Shown here: in pieces, positions 26,091-37,970 of the stretch
Layout: every line of letters starts with the position of its first letter
How positions within the stretch are numbered: the stretch's first letter is position 1
Origin: the human T2T-CHM13v2.0 reference genome, Homo sapiens
Assembly: GCF_009914755.1 (NCBI RefSeq)
Contig: NC_060925.1
Length of the DNA stretch: 64,000 nucleotides
Reading direction: 5' to 3' (one strand)
Notes under the pieces: generated by a model
Seen by the model: the letters and a program-made list of their open reading frames with translations, nothing else
Told to the model about the DNA's origin: nothing
Database searches by the model: none
Position numbers and translations under genes: made by a program

Positions 26091-27473
26091 TTATGCAATA
26101 GATAAATACCCCAAGCTTTTCTAAGTTAAAATTATGGTTTTTCCATTTTAAAGTGACTCCCGTCTCTAAATTATCTTTCAAAGGAAAACCATTATTTGTA
26201 TTCTCTAGCTTATGGAGGCTATCTGGAAGAAATACCTTACGTTTTTACTTGTTTCTGCCTACTTTGGTCGAGTTATAGTGGAATGTACTTGAGTCACCAC
26301 CCAGGAATATAATTATAAGCTATGATAAGCACTTAATTCTGCAGTGGGAACAAAAGAAATCCCAAATCTATGTGTGAAAGTTGGAGGAAAGGCAACTTTA
26401 AGAATGCCTGAAAGCGTTATTTTTTGCTTACATTTCAAATATTAGGAAGTCTTGTGGAAATTATTAGAAAAAAATGGACCACTTATAAAATGTCACTGTA
26501 AATGGTATTTGTAGACATGTTTTTAGTCTTTCTCCAAAACGGCCTGACAGATTCTTGTTTTCAGGTTAATCTTAAGTCTGCTGAGTGCTTAAACAGTATA
26601 TCTTATATTTACTTACTGTTTCCCATCCCCCATTTCTAAGAATGTTCACAATTGGATTTTATTTAATATTTAAATAAACCAGGTACTACTTTTCCATGTT
26701 TTCAGCCATAAAAACAGATACAGAAAGGCTAAACGACTTGTCCCACATCATATCTTTTAATCTTCACAATCACTCCGTGAGGACTATATTACTGACTCCA
26801 TTTTACATGTGAGGAAATGGGTTTAGCTAGATGCTCTGTGCTCAAAGCCAGACAGAATCAGGATCTAAAGCCATGTCTAACTAACTTTCCTTTGGCCAAC
26901 CTACAAGCACCATTTATGTCAAGCTTATGAAATTTGGTCTCCTCTACATAGTTGCCTCTCAAATAAACCACTCCTTAAGTAGGAATAATCATTAAAATTA
27001 GGCTCACTTCCCTGAGAAAGAAGGTAGAAATTACTATGGTTTCTTTGGTGATTTGTGCATTATTTAAACACGAAAACAGAAAGAAAATTCAGAGGGAAAT
27101 GTTTAGCAGGAATTTACATGTCCTTGGCAGGAAACAGTTAGCCCTTGTATCTTCTTTATGGAAGAAAAAGCTGGTTACAAGGTGCTAGTCCCAGGCTAAC
27201 TCAAGAATATAAACCAAGAAGAAATAAATAGAGAACAACAGAAAACAAGAGGCCAATGGACATCGCCAAAATTCAGATTTCTGGCCACAACCTCATCCCT
27301 GGTGCCCTACCAAAGGAATAAGAATGCTTATTAATTAAACAACAGTCATTAGTCACCCTAATTACAGAAGAGAGATGGAGATTAGCAATATCTGAGTCCT
27401 TGAGACTCTCACACACTAATTGTATAGAAAGACAAATAAAAAATTTAATAGAAAGTAATAAGAGGAGACACAC

Positions 27474-27790
27474 TGTCACTGTCTGTTTTGTGTTGCTATA
27501 ACAGAAAATCTAAGACTGAGTAATTTGCAATAAACAGAAATGTATTGGCTCACAGTTCTGGAGACGCAGAAGTCCAATATAAAAGTGCCAGCATCTTGTA
27601 AGGGCATTCTTGCTGCATCATCACACAGTAGAAGGTGAGAGATCAAGAACAGGCTGTTACTGATCCCATCTATGGTGATGGAGCTCTCATGGCCTAATCA
27701 TTTCTTAAAGATCCCACCTATTAATATTGTTACAATGGTAATTAAATTTCAACATGAGTTTTGGAAGGGACAAACATTCAAACCATAGCA
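27474..27790 (-). mobile_element. MaLR solo LTR, MSTC/MSTD-like
   Basis: ttgctataacagaa...ggctcacagttctggag...aaatttcaacatgagttttggaagggacaaacattcaaaccatagca; 5-bp TSD CACAC at 27469-27473 and 27791-27795. Confidence 0.87.
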
Positions 27791-28203
27791 CACACCAGTG
27801 CAGGTTGATGAGCATGCTGGAAGACTTCTTGGAGGAGCTGATATACAAGTCTATGCTTGATAGATCAGTGGGAGTTTGCTAGGAGATGAACGTAAAAGAA
27901 AGCAAGGAAAGGCCAAGTGAATGGCAAGTGCAAAACTTGAGAAAGTATATCATGACTGGGTGATAGCCATCAGAAAGTGTGGCTAGAAGGTAGCATGCCT
28001 GGCAGGAAGTAGCACCACTCCTTAGTGACTACTGTTTAATCATGTCTCCTCTATGAGTTCTCAGGAATAAGACTGTACCAGAAATCTGAGCTGTGAAAAC
28101 TTAGTTTTGTTCCATTGGTCTCTTTGTCTTCTACTGTTCTTTATCCTTAGTTTATGGTTTTGTTTTAGGTAAAAGTCACATTTTACCCTGTGTAGAGGAT
28201 AGG

Positions 28204-28643
28204 TGTGATGGTTAATATTGAGTGTCAACTTGATTAGATTGAAGGATGCGAAGTACCGATCCTGGGTGTGTCTGTGAGGGTGCTGCCAAAGGAGATTAAC
28301 ACCTGAGTCAGTGGGCTGGGAAATTCAGACTCACCCTTAATCTGGGTGGGCAGCATCTAATCAGCTGCCAGTGCAGCTAGAATATAAAGCAGGCAGAAAA
28401 ACGTGAAAAGAATAGACTGGCCTAGCCTCCCAGCCTACATCTTTTTCCCATGCTTGCTGCTTCCTGCCCTCAAACATCAGATGCCAAGTTCTTCAGTTCT
28501 GAGACTTCGACTGGCTTTCCTTGCTCCTCAGCTATTGTGAGACCTCGTGATCACGTAAGTTAATACTTAATGAAATACACTTTTCACATGTATATATCTC
28601 TATCCTATTAGTTCTGTCCCTCTAGAGAACCCTGAGCAATACA
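28204..28643 (+). mobile_element. MLT2A (HERVL) 5' LTR
   Basis: Starts TGTGATGGTTAATATTGAGTGTCAACTTGATT, ends GAACCCTGAGCAATACA, and is followed directly by the PBS. Confidence 0.93.
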
Positions 28644-28648
28644 GATTT

Positions 28649-28666
28649 TGGTACCAAGAGTGGTTC
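28649..28666 (+). other. Primer-binding site complementary to the tRNA-Leu 3' end
   Basis: TGGTACCAAGAGTGGTTC just downstream of the LTR, as expected for ERV-L. Confidence 0.75.
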
Positions 28667-28739
28667 TAGAGGAACAGAATATTAAGGAAGGGGTTCTTTC
28701 ATTGGTTTTGGGGTTTCTGGAGTTGGCTGCTTAATATGA

Positions 28740-29066
<327 letters not shown>

Positions 29067-29086
29067 AGGACTCTGCTTTAAATAGT

Positions 29087-30450
29087 ATGGAGAACACTGA
29101 TAGTCCTTGGCGTGAACTGTATAGAGAGTTATGTAAAATAAATGCTTTTGACACTCCTGATCCACTGCTCATGAGAGGCAAGGAGTTTAGTGACTCTATA
29201 CATAATACCTTTGACCATATGTGGAGAACCAAGGAACATAATAAAGTTGGTTGGTTGCTCCTAAGTTCAGTGGACAAAGTGACAAAAGAAAATGATAAAC
29301 CCAGGGATTCTAACTTCCAGCTTCAGGAGGAGACACTGAGCCTCAGATCTGCTAAGACTACCCTGAGTGAGTCTTATATCCTCTAGAGAAAGAGCTGAAA
29401 TTATGGAAAAACAGACACAAGCTCTTATCACGTGAGTGGCTGACCTGCAATGAAAGGTGCACGTACAGCCTCGCCAGGTATCTACTGTTAAAGTGAAGGC
29501 ATTGATTAGAAAAGAATGGGACCCCAAAACTTGGAATGTGGATGTGTGGGAGGACCCTGATGAAGCTGGGGACACTGAGTTTGTAAACTCTGATGAACTT
29601 TTTTTGCCAGAAGAAACAGCTTCCCCATCCCCAGTAGTGGCAACATCCCCTCCCCAACCCATGCTCCCATCAGCCTTTCCACCTTTGTCTGAGGAGCTAA
29701 ACCCTGTGCTGCCTGAGGCAACAGTGATGGCCTCCCCTGAGGCAGTTGCCAGGCAAAATAATGTTCATTCTCTTCAGGAGCCCCCCGCCCGCCACAACAC
29801 CCCTGTTAGCTTCAAGACATATGACTAGATTAAAGTTCCGGTGGGCCCCTAGGTGTAAGGTCGAGAGTGTGACCCATAAAGAGTTGTGCTACACTCGAAA
29901 ATAAATGCTTGAGTTTTCTAATTCATATAAACAGAAATCTGGAGAACAGGCATGGGAATGGATATTAAGGGTGTGGGATAATGGTGGAAGGAACATAGAG
30001 TTGGATCAGGCTGCATTTATTGATTTAGGCACACTAAGAAGGGACTCTGCATTTAATGTTGCAGCTCCAGGAATTAAAAAAGGCTCTAATAGTTTATTTG
30101 CTTGATTAGCTGAAATAGGGATTAAAAGATGGTCCACTGTGACCGACCTGGAAATGCCTGATCTCCCTTGGTTTAGTGTAGAGGAAAAGATCCAAATGTT
30201 TAGGGAGATTGTGATGGTGAGGTGGATTAGTAAATTTGGACCTACTCATCTCAGCTGGGAGGGTCCAGAAGATATACCCTTGACGAATGCCTTGAGAAAT
30301 AGATTTGTGAGGGCAGCACCTGCATCTTTGAAGAGCCCTATAATTTCTCTTCTCTGTATGTCAGATCTCACAGTGGGAACCACAGTCACTCAACTTCAAA
30401 ATTTAAATACAATGGGAATAATTGAATCCTGAGGTGGCAGGGGCCAAGTG
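29087..30450 (+). pseudogene. HERVL gag remnant with multiple stops and frameshifts
   Basis: Fragments MENTDSPWRELYREL..., KVKALIRKEWDPKTWN..., YKQKSGEQAWEWILRVWDNGG..., LEMPDLPW... are ERV-L gag-like. Confidence 0.88.
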
Positions 30451-30775
30451 CTTACCAACAGGTGACCTCAGCAGAGAAGGATTTTAATAATCAAGTGGAT
30501 AGGATGACCTGTTCTGTGGACACCACTCAGCCTCTCTCCCCAGTCACCCCTATCATCACCCAATGGGCCAATGAACAAAATGGCCACGGTGGCAGGGATG
30601 GAGGTTACGCATGGGCTCAGCAACATGGACTTCCACTCACCACGGCTGACCTGGCTATGGCAACTGCTGAGTGCCCAATTTGTCAGCAGCAGAGACCAAC
30701 ACTGAGCCCACGATATGGCACCATTCCTCAGGGTGATCAGCCAGCTACCTGGTAGCAGATTTACTATAATGGATC
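30451..30775 (+). pseudogene. HERVL pol remnant: RNase H end and integrase zinc-binding (HHCC) N-terminus
   Basis: FNNQVDRM...WANEQNGHGG...CPICQQ; the first His appears as Asn; the frame stops before the catalytic core. Confidence 0.85.
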
Positions 30776-33700
30776 CAGTAGGAGATCCAGTGTTGTCTTA
30801 TTTAAGTTTAAAATTAGTGTGTTTAATTCATAAATCCTGAATAGATACTCTTTCCCACACTGTAAGCTGGGCCTGAGAGAGAGAGAGAGAGACAGAGAGA
30901 GATATTAAACACAATCTTACCTCAAAAGCTGCCTCATGGTTTAATGAGAAAGCAGGCATATAAGCAAAAATTATAATGTAACATATAAAATACAATAATA
31001 GAGGAAAGAGTAGCTGGGAGTTGAAAGTGGGAAGACTATTCCAAGCAGAGGGAATGCCCTGTGCAAAAACATATAGGTATTTACAAGTAGGGGATTCTTG
31101 GAATTTATGAATAGTCACAAATTCTAGTCTCTGTTATGTATCTTTCCATTCTATCTCCCTGTGATCAATTTTCTTTTAGCTTCCACATATAAGTGATAAC
31201 TAGCAATATCTTTCTGTGCCTGGATTATTTCACTTAAGAGAATGACCTCCAGTTCCATCAACATTGCTGCAAATAACATGATTTCACGCTTTTTGATGTC
31301 TGAATAGTATTCCATTGTGTACATATACCAGAATTTCTTTATCAATTCATGCATTAATAGACGCTTACGTTGATTCCATTATCTTTGCTATTGTAAATAG
31401 TGCTGCAATAAACATGTGAGTGTTGGTATCCTTTTGATATATTTATTTCTTTTCTTTTGGGTAGATTCCCAGTAATGGGATTGCTGGATCAGATGGAAGT
31501 TTTTAGTTCTTTGAGAAATCTCCAGTTTTATTTTTAGTTCTTTGAGAAATATCCATACTGGTTTCCATGGTGGCTATAGTAATTTACATTCCCACCACGT
31601 GTATAAAAGTTCCCTTTTCTCTGAATGCTCACCAACATCTGTCATCTTTTGACTTTTTAATAACAGCCACGCTGACTTGAGTAAAGATAACTCATTATGA
31701 TTTTAATTTGCATTTTTCTAACAATTAGTGATGATCATTTATTAATGTAACTGTTGGCTGTTTGTGTGTTTTCTTTTGAGAGATGTCTATTCACATCCTT
31801 TGTCCACTTTTTAATGAGATTATTTACTTTTTTCCTGTTGAATTGCTTGAGTTCCTTGTATATTCTGGATATTAGTCCTTTATCAGATCATTTGCAAATA
31901 TTTTCTCCTGTTCAGCAAGTTGTCTCTTCAATCTGTTATTTCTTTTGTTGTGAAGAAGCTTTTTAATATAATTAAGTCACATTTGCCTATTTTCATTTTT
32001 GCTGTCTGTGTTTTGAGGTCTTTGTCACAAATTATTTGCCTAGATCAATGTCCAGGAAAGTTTTCTCTAGATGTTCTTCAATATTTTTATAATTTCAGAT
32101 CTTACTTTTAAGTCTTTAAGCAATTTTCAGTTGATTTTTTATATGGTGACAAATAGGAGCCCAGTTTTATTCTTCTGCATGTGGCTATCCAATTTTTCTG
32201 GCAACACTTATTGAAGAAGGTGTCCTTTCCCCATTATAAGCTCTTGTGTTTTGTCATAGTTCAATTGGCTGTACATCTGTGGCTTCATTTCTGAGTTTTC
32301 AATTCTGTTCCATTGATCTATGTGCCTATTTTTATACTAATACCACGCTCTTTTCAATACAATAATCTTATAATATATTTTGAAGTCAGGTAATGTGAGC
32401 CTCCAGCCTTGTTCTTTCATTTTGGAGATCCTTTGTATTGTTTTAAGACTCCATTTTATTTATATCTGTTCTGATTTTTATTATATATATATATATTTTT
32501 AATTTTGATTTGGGTTTGTTCTTGCTTTTCTAGCTCCTTGAGATGCATTATTAGACTGCTGATTTGTGATCTTTCTACTTGTTTTATATAGGCACTTAAT
32601 TACTATAAACTTCACTCTTAGCACTGCTCTTGCTCTATTCCACAGGTTTTCTTATATTGTGCTTCCATTTTCATTTGTTTCAAGAAATTTTTTTAGCTTT
32701 ATTTTAATTTCTTCATTGAACTAATTCAGGATTACATGGTGTAATTTCCATGTATTTATATAATTTCCAAAGTTCCTCTTGGTATTGTTTTCTAGTTTTA
32801 TTCCATTGTTGTCTGAGAAGGTACTTGATATGATCTCAATGATTTTAAACTTGTTGAGGTTTGTTTTGTGGCCTAACATATGGTCTATTTTGGAGAATGT
32901 TCCATATGTTGAAAAAAATAATGTATATTCTGTAGTTTTGGATAGAATATTCTGTAAATGTGTTAGGCCAGTTGGTATAAGCTCCAGTTTAATCCAATGT
33001 GTTTTTTTGTTGTTGATTTTCTGTCTAGATGATCTGTCTAATGTTGAGAGTGTGGAGTTAAAGTCCTCTACTGTTATTGCAGTCTATCTCTCTCCTTAGA
33101 AGTAGACTTAAATATTCTTATAGCAATATTTGCTTTATGAACCTGAGTGCTCCAGTGTTGGGTGCATATATATTTAAAGTGGAGATATCTTCTTGCTGGA
33201 TTGATTCCTTTATCATTATGTAATAACCTTTTTTTTCCTTTTTTTACTGTTCTTGACTTAAATTCTGTCTTATCTGTTACAAGTATTGCTACTCCTGCTT
33301 GCTTTTGGTTTCTGCATGTGTGGAGTATCTTTTTCCATCCCTTTACTTCTAGTCTATATGCATTTTACTGGTAAAATGAGTTTCCTGTAAGCAGCATATA
33401 GTTGGATCAGGTTTTATAATCCATCCAGCAATTCTATACCTTTTAATTGGAGCACACAATCTGTTTACATGCAAGGCTATTATTGATATATGAGTCTTTG
33501 CTTCTGTCATATTGTTTTCTGCTTGTTTTATATATTCTTTGTTCCTTTCAATTTCACATTGATTGTTGTTCTGATAGATTTCTGTAGTGGCACCGTTTGC
33601 ATCCTTTCTCTTCTTCCTTTGTGTGATTACTTTACCAGTGAGCTTTTTTTTTTCTTTTTTTACTTTGATGTGTTTTCATGATGGCAAAAGTAGTCCCTTC

Positions 33701-34538
33701 ATTTCCAGGTTTAGGACTCCCTTGAGCATTTTTCTATGGCTGGCCTTGTGGTAACAAATTCTTTCATCATTTGCTTGTCTGAGAAAAACTCTTCTTCATT
33801 TATGAAAGATTTCTTTGCTGGAAAAAATCTTTGTAATTATGGCTGACAGTTTTTTTTTTCTTTCAGCACTTTGAATACATCATTACATTTTCTTCTGGTC
33901 TATAAAATGTCTGCTGAAAATGGAGTTTTCTCTATAGGTGACTATGTGCTTTTCTCTTGCTTGTTTTTATGATTCATTCTTTATCTTTGATTTTAAACAG
34001 TCTGACTCCATCTTGAAGAAGAATTTTTTAAATATTGTATCTGCCTGGGGATCCCTAAATCTCCTGTATCTGAATGTCTAAATCTCTTGCTAGACTTGAA
34101 AAAATTTCATCTATTATTTCCTTAAATAGGTTTTCTAATCCTCTCTTTGTCTCTTTTCCCTCAAGGATGCCAACAATTTGAGTATTCAATTGTTTTATGT
34201 TATCTGAAATATCACAAAGGCTTCCTCATTTTGTTTTATTTTTCTTTTCTTTCTTTTTTCTTTTTACTTTTGGTGTAACCAGGTGATTTCAAAAGACCTA
34301 TGTTCAAGTTCTGAGATTCTTTCTTTTGTCTTATCTAGTCTACTGTCGAAGGTTTCAAATGTGTTTTGTATTGTCTTGAATAAATTCTTCTGTTCCAGAA
34401 TTTCTATTTGGTTCTTTTTAAAAATACCTATCTCTTTGGTAAATTTCCCATTCATATCCTGAATTGTTTTTCTGATTTCTTTGTATTGTTTTACAGAATT
34501 CTTTTGTATCTCACTTACCTTCTTTAAAATCCATATTT

Positions 34539-34849
34539 ATTTTATTTTATTTATTTATTTATTGTTTTGAGATAGAGTCTCACTCTGTCACCCAGGCTAA
34601 AGTGCAGTGGTGCAATCTCGGCTCACTGCAACCTCTGTCCCCTGAGTTCAAGTGATTCTCCTGCCTCAGCCCTCTGAGTAGCTGGGAATACAGATGCCTG
34701 CCACCATGCCTGACTAATTTTTGCATTTTTAGTAGAGACAGGGTTTCGTCTTGTTGGCCAGGCTGGTCTTAAACTCCTGACCTCAAATGATCTGCCACCT
34801 CGGCCTCCCTAAGTGCTGGGATTACAGGTGTGAGCCACCATGCCCAGCC
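34539..34849 (-). mobile_element. AluS SINE inserted in L1 ORF1
   Basis: Full dimer with (TTTA)n tail; short TSD CATATTT at 34532-34538 and 34850-34856. Confidence 0.93.
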
Positions 34850-35444
34850 CATATTTTACATTCTTTATCTGGGATTTCAAATATTCCTTTTCAATTAAGA
34901 TATATTGCTAGAGAATTGTTACATTCCTTCGGCAGTGTCACATTTCCTTTTTCATGTTTCCTATGTCTTTACATTATTATCTGCAAACCTTGTGTTAACA
35001 GTCACTTTCTCCTATTTTTGAATTTACTTTTATCAGAGAGGACTTTATCCTGAGAATGTATCTGTGGTATTGGTTCAGTAGGGCACTTTGGCTTTGATTC
35101 TGGGTATGTGCAGTAGTGTATGTAGACTCTGTATTATTTCCTTGGCTGTAAACAGCATTATTAGTGCTTTCTGTGATTTTCTCAGGGAATCAGGGTGCAG
35201 TTATTAGTGGAGGCTGTAATGAGGTAGTGCTGGGAACTGGAAAGCCAGATGGACCAGTATACAGGCCCCAGTTGTGGCATCAGTTGGCTAAGCATACCTA
35301 TCTTTATGTCCCAGGGTGGTGTATGCTGGCATTTGTTTTGTCAGTTACTAGGAGTCCAATTTTTGGGCCTCCCGAGTGATTCACATGGATGTCCTGGTGT
35401 GGACGATGACAGTAGCAGTGGTGGGATGACTCTCTGTGTCCCAA

Positions 35445-35544
35445 GCTCAGATTGAGGAAATAAAATGACTAAACTTATACACGTAGGAAGTACCTGAGGT
35501 AGAATTTAAACCTGGTACTACATGACTCCAAAGCCCATTCTCTG
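35445..35544. repeat. 100-bp copy of the MIR at 37859-37958, inside the L1 5' region
   Basis: 93/100 ungapped identity by manual alignment. Confidence 0.93.
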
Positions 35545-36859
35545 GTTGGTGATGGCAATAGTGCAAAGTCACCCACAGCCTCAGGCATGCTGCTCTCAGG
35601 CTCTCCTGCTTTCTGTGGCAGCAGAATCACAGCACACATAGTGAGGCAGGGACCCCATCCTTCATCCCTGGGCACAGACAGAGGCCATGCCACCAGTTGG
35701 GTCACAGTCACCACTCACAGCCTCTTACAGGCAGCCCTCTAGCCTGTCTACCTCAGCCTCCAGTGGCAACAGAATTGGGTGTGTGCAGTGGGAAGAGGGT
35801 TCTTGTTCTCCATGCATGAGCCTGAGCACAGAAGCCACTCAATGGTCAGAAAATCTCATAATTATGGATTTCATTCTCTGCTTAAAAAACCAAGTACAAA
35901 GTTTGTGCCACTGCTAGAATGAGGTCACTTCTCACAGCCCCAAACAGGGAGGTCACAGGCTCTGGAAAGTGCATACTTTGGTTTCCTTTGTTCTGGAAGA
36001 TACCTTTTTGTTATACTTTATGATCCTTTCCCCAGGGATTAATACTGCCTGTGGGTAGGGTAATACTCCCTGCATCAGCTCTGGGTACAGCCAATGCTGT
36101 GTTGCTGCAGCCCTCTGAGTAGACACAGGAAAGTCAGCAGGAGCTCCTGGAATGTGCAAATATGCAAGCTGTGGTTCCCAGGACTGAATGTAGTCTTATG
36201 ATGCCTGCACTCCCAAAATGGCACCTGCCACAGACACTTAGTTCTCAGAGTGGGGTGGGGCAGAGTGAGTTACCCAACATGAGTTCCCTGTCTGGTGCAA
36301 TGCTCTTGAGGAGTCTCCAAATTACCACCCATGCTAGTGTCAGGGCTTGTCAGGGTAGAGGAATTTTCATGCAGTTTTGATAGCAGCAGTCTGCAGCAGA
36401 GATGTGGACTGCTAAAGCTCTCTCATCCTTTTTTCACAATACCAAGTCCCTTTGGGTTTCTGGCTGATCTTGGATTCCTCTACTTGATTCCTTCTCCTTC
36501 TTTGCCTCAGGTGTTCCCCATGAGTTCTCTGTTGAACTCTGGCATTATTTCCTAGACATTCTATTCAATGTGTGATTATCTGCTCATAATTTTGGTTCTT
36601 CTTTCTGGAGAGGGCAAGATGTCTCTAGCCAGCCATCTTGAACTGTGATCTAGGATACTCTACTTAGCTCCTGAGTGTCATTCCACCATTGGGAGGGAGA
36701 AGGAGCATAGATGCTATGGAGTTGAGTGCAAGAGTCAATGGTATTTTCTCATAGCAGCCTGAAGAAACTAAATTATGAGACCATCATGGAGGCCAGTTCC
36801 AGAAGAAAACTTCAGGTAAGAGACCTAAATTTGAAAAATAACTTTAAGATTAATACATG

Positions 36860-37420
36860 TGTATTAATCAAAAATCTCTGTTGCATATGACAGAAAGCCA
36901 ACTACTTGCTTTAACAATTATGTATTGGTGCTCATAATTATGGAGAACAAATGGTAGAACTGGATCAAGGTCTCAAATAATGCCCTAAAAACTCTCTCTC
37001 TCCCCACTTGATTTCAGATTCTGTGTTTATGTTGGCTTCCTTCTCCCCGTCTCCTTCATGATGAAAGAGAAACAACTGTCAGCAGGGTTCCATTCTATAT
37101 GGCTTATACTTCAAAGAGAAAGAGAAACTTGTCTCTCCCCGATTCAGAATGAAGTCTCAGCAGATGATTTTTACTGATTGCTCTAGCATGGATAACTTGA
37201 CATCACTTTATTTATCACTGTGGCCAGGAGAAGTAGGGACCATAATAGGTCAGGCCAAGGTCAAATGGAAATCTCTGTGTTAGGAGGGGTAGAATACCAC
37301 AACTGAAAATCTCATCAGAACCACACGGCATGAGCAAGGCACCAATCCACAAAGGTAAGAAGATATTACCAGAAGGGAGGAAAGAATGTTGGCAAACTAA
37401 AACAATAGATGTCCTGTATA
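36860..37420 (-). mobile_element. Old MaLR LTR, MLT1J/K-like
   Basis: tgtattaatc...gttgcatatgacagaaagccaact...atcactgtggccagg...ggtcaggccaagg. Confidence 0.6.
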
Positions 37421-37814
37421 AATGGTATCTATGGTGAAGATTATTTAAACTTAAATGGGAATTTGAAATAGAACATATTTAAGACTGAGGTAGAACAATT
37501 AAGATGAATGCTATTTAAGATTTGGTTGGGACATGTAAGATGGAAAATAACTAAGACAGGTGGGGACTTAAATTCGGGTAATTTTAAATATATGATTAAT
37601 ACTTAAGGGATAAGAATACTATTTAAGACTGAAGTATGTTAATTAATACAAGTATATATGAAACTGATAACTATTTACAATGAGTTATTAATAAAAGGAT
37701 AATGTTTATAAAATAATTGAAAACTGAATAAATGTAAAATGAATTTATTAAGTCTCTTCAAAGGTGAATTACTAAATTGTGATATACATATATAGATATA
37801 AATACTATAAACCT

Positions 37815-37970
37815 GATGATATATATAATATCTCCATTTTATAGATGAGTAAACTGAGGCTCAGATTAAGGAAATAAAATGACTAAATTTATACATGCAG
37901 TAAGTACCTGAGGTAGAATTTAAACCTGGTACTACTTGACTCCAAAGCTCATTCTCTGATATACTGTGTT
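37815..37970 (-). mobile_element. MIR SINE (donor of the 35445 insertion)
   Basis: ccattttatagatgagtaaactgaggctcag...tgactccaaagctcattctct. Confidence 0.82.

Larger units (their letters stand above)
31123..36645 (-). mobile_element. L1MA-type LINE with 5' UTR, ORF1, EN region and 3' end; RT region deleted
   Basis: ORF2 C-terminus (WYMYTMEYYS, 31151-31354), ORF1 coiled coil (34264-34455), 5' start gccatcttgaac at ~36632; junction at ~32417. Confidence 0.88.

Noticed and set aside
29087-30755. Domesticated ERV-L gag (Fv1-like) gene or a gag-integrase fusion protein
   Set aside because: gag is broken by several stops and frameshifts and by an Alu at its 5' end; the gag/pol join is out of frame and preceded by a stop at 30430.
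33805-33832. Quasi-palindrome AAAGATTTCTT...AAAAAATCTTT in L1
   Set aside because: Short and AT-rich; could be chance.
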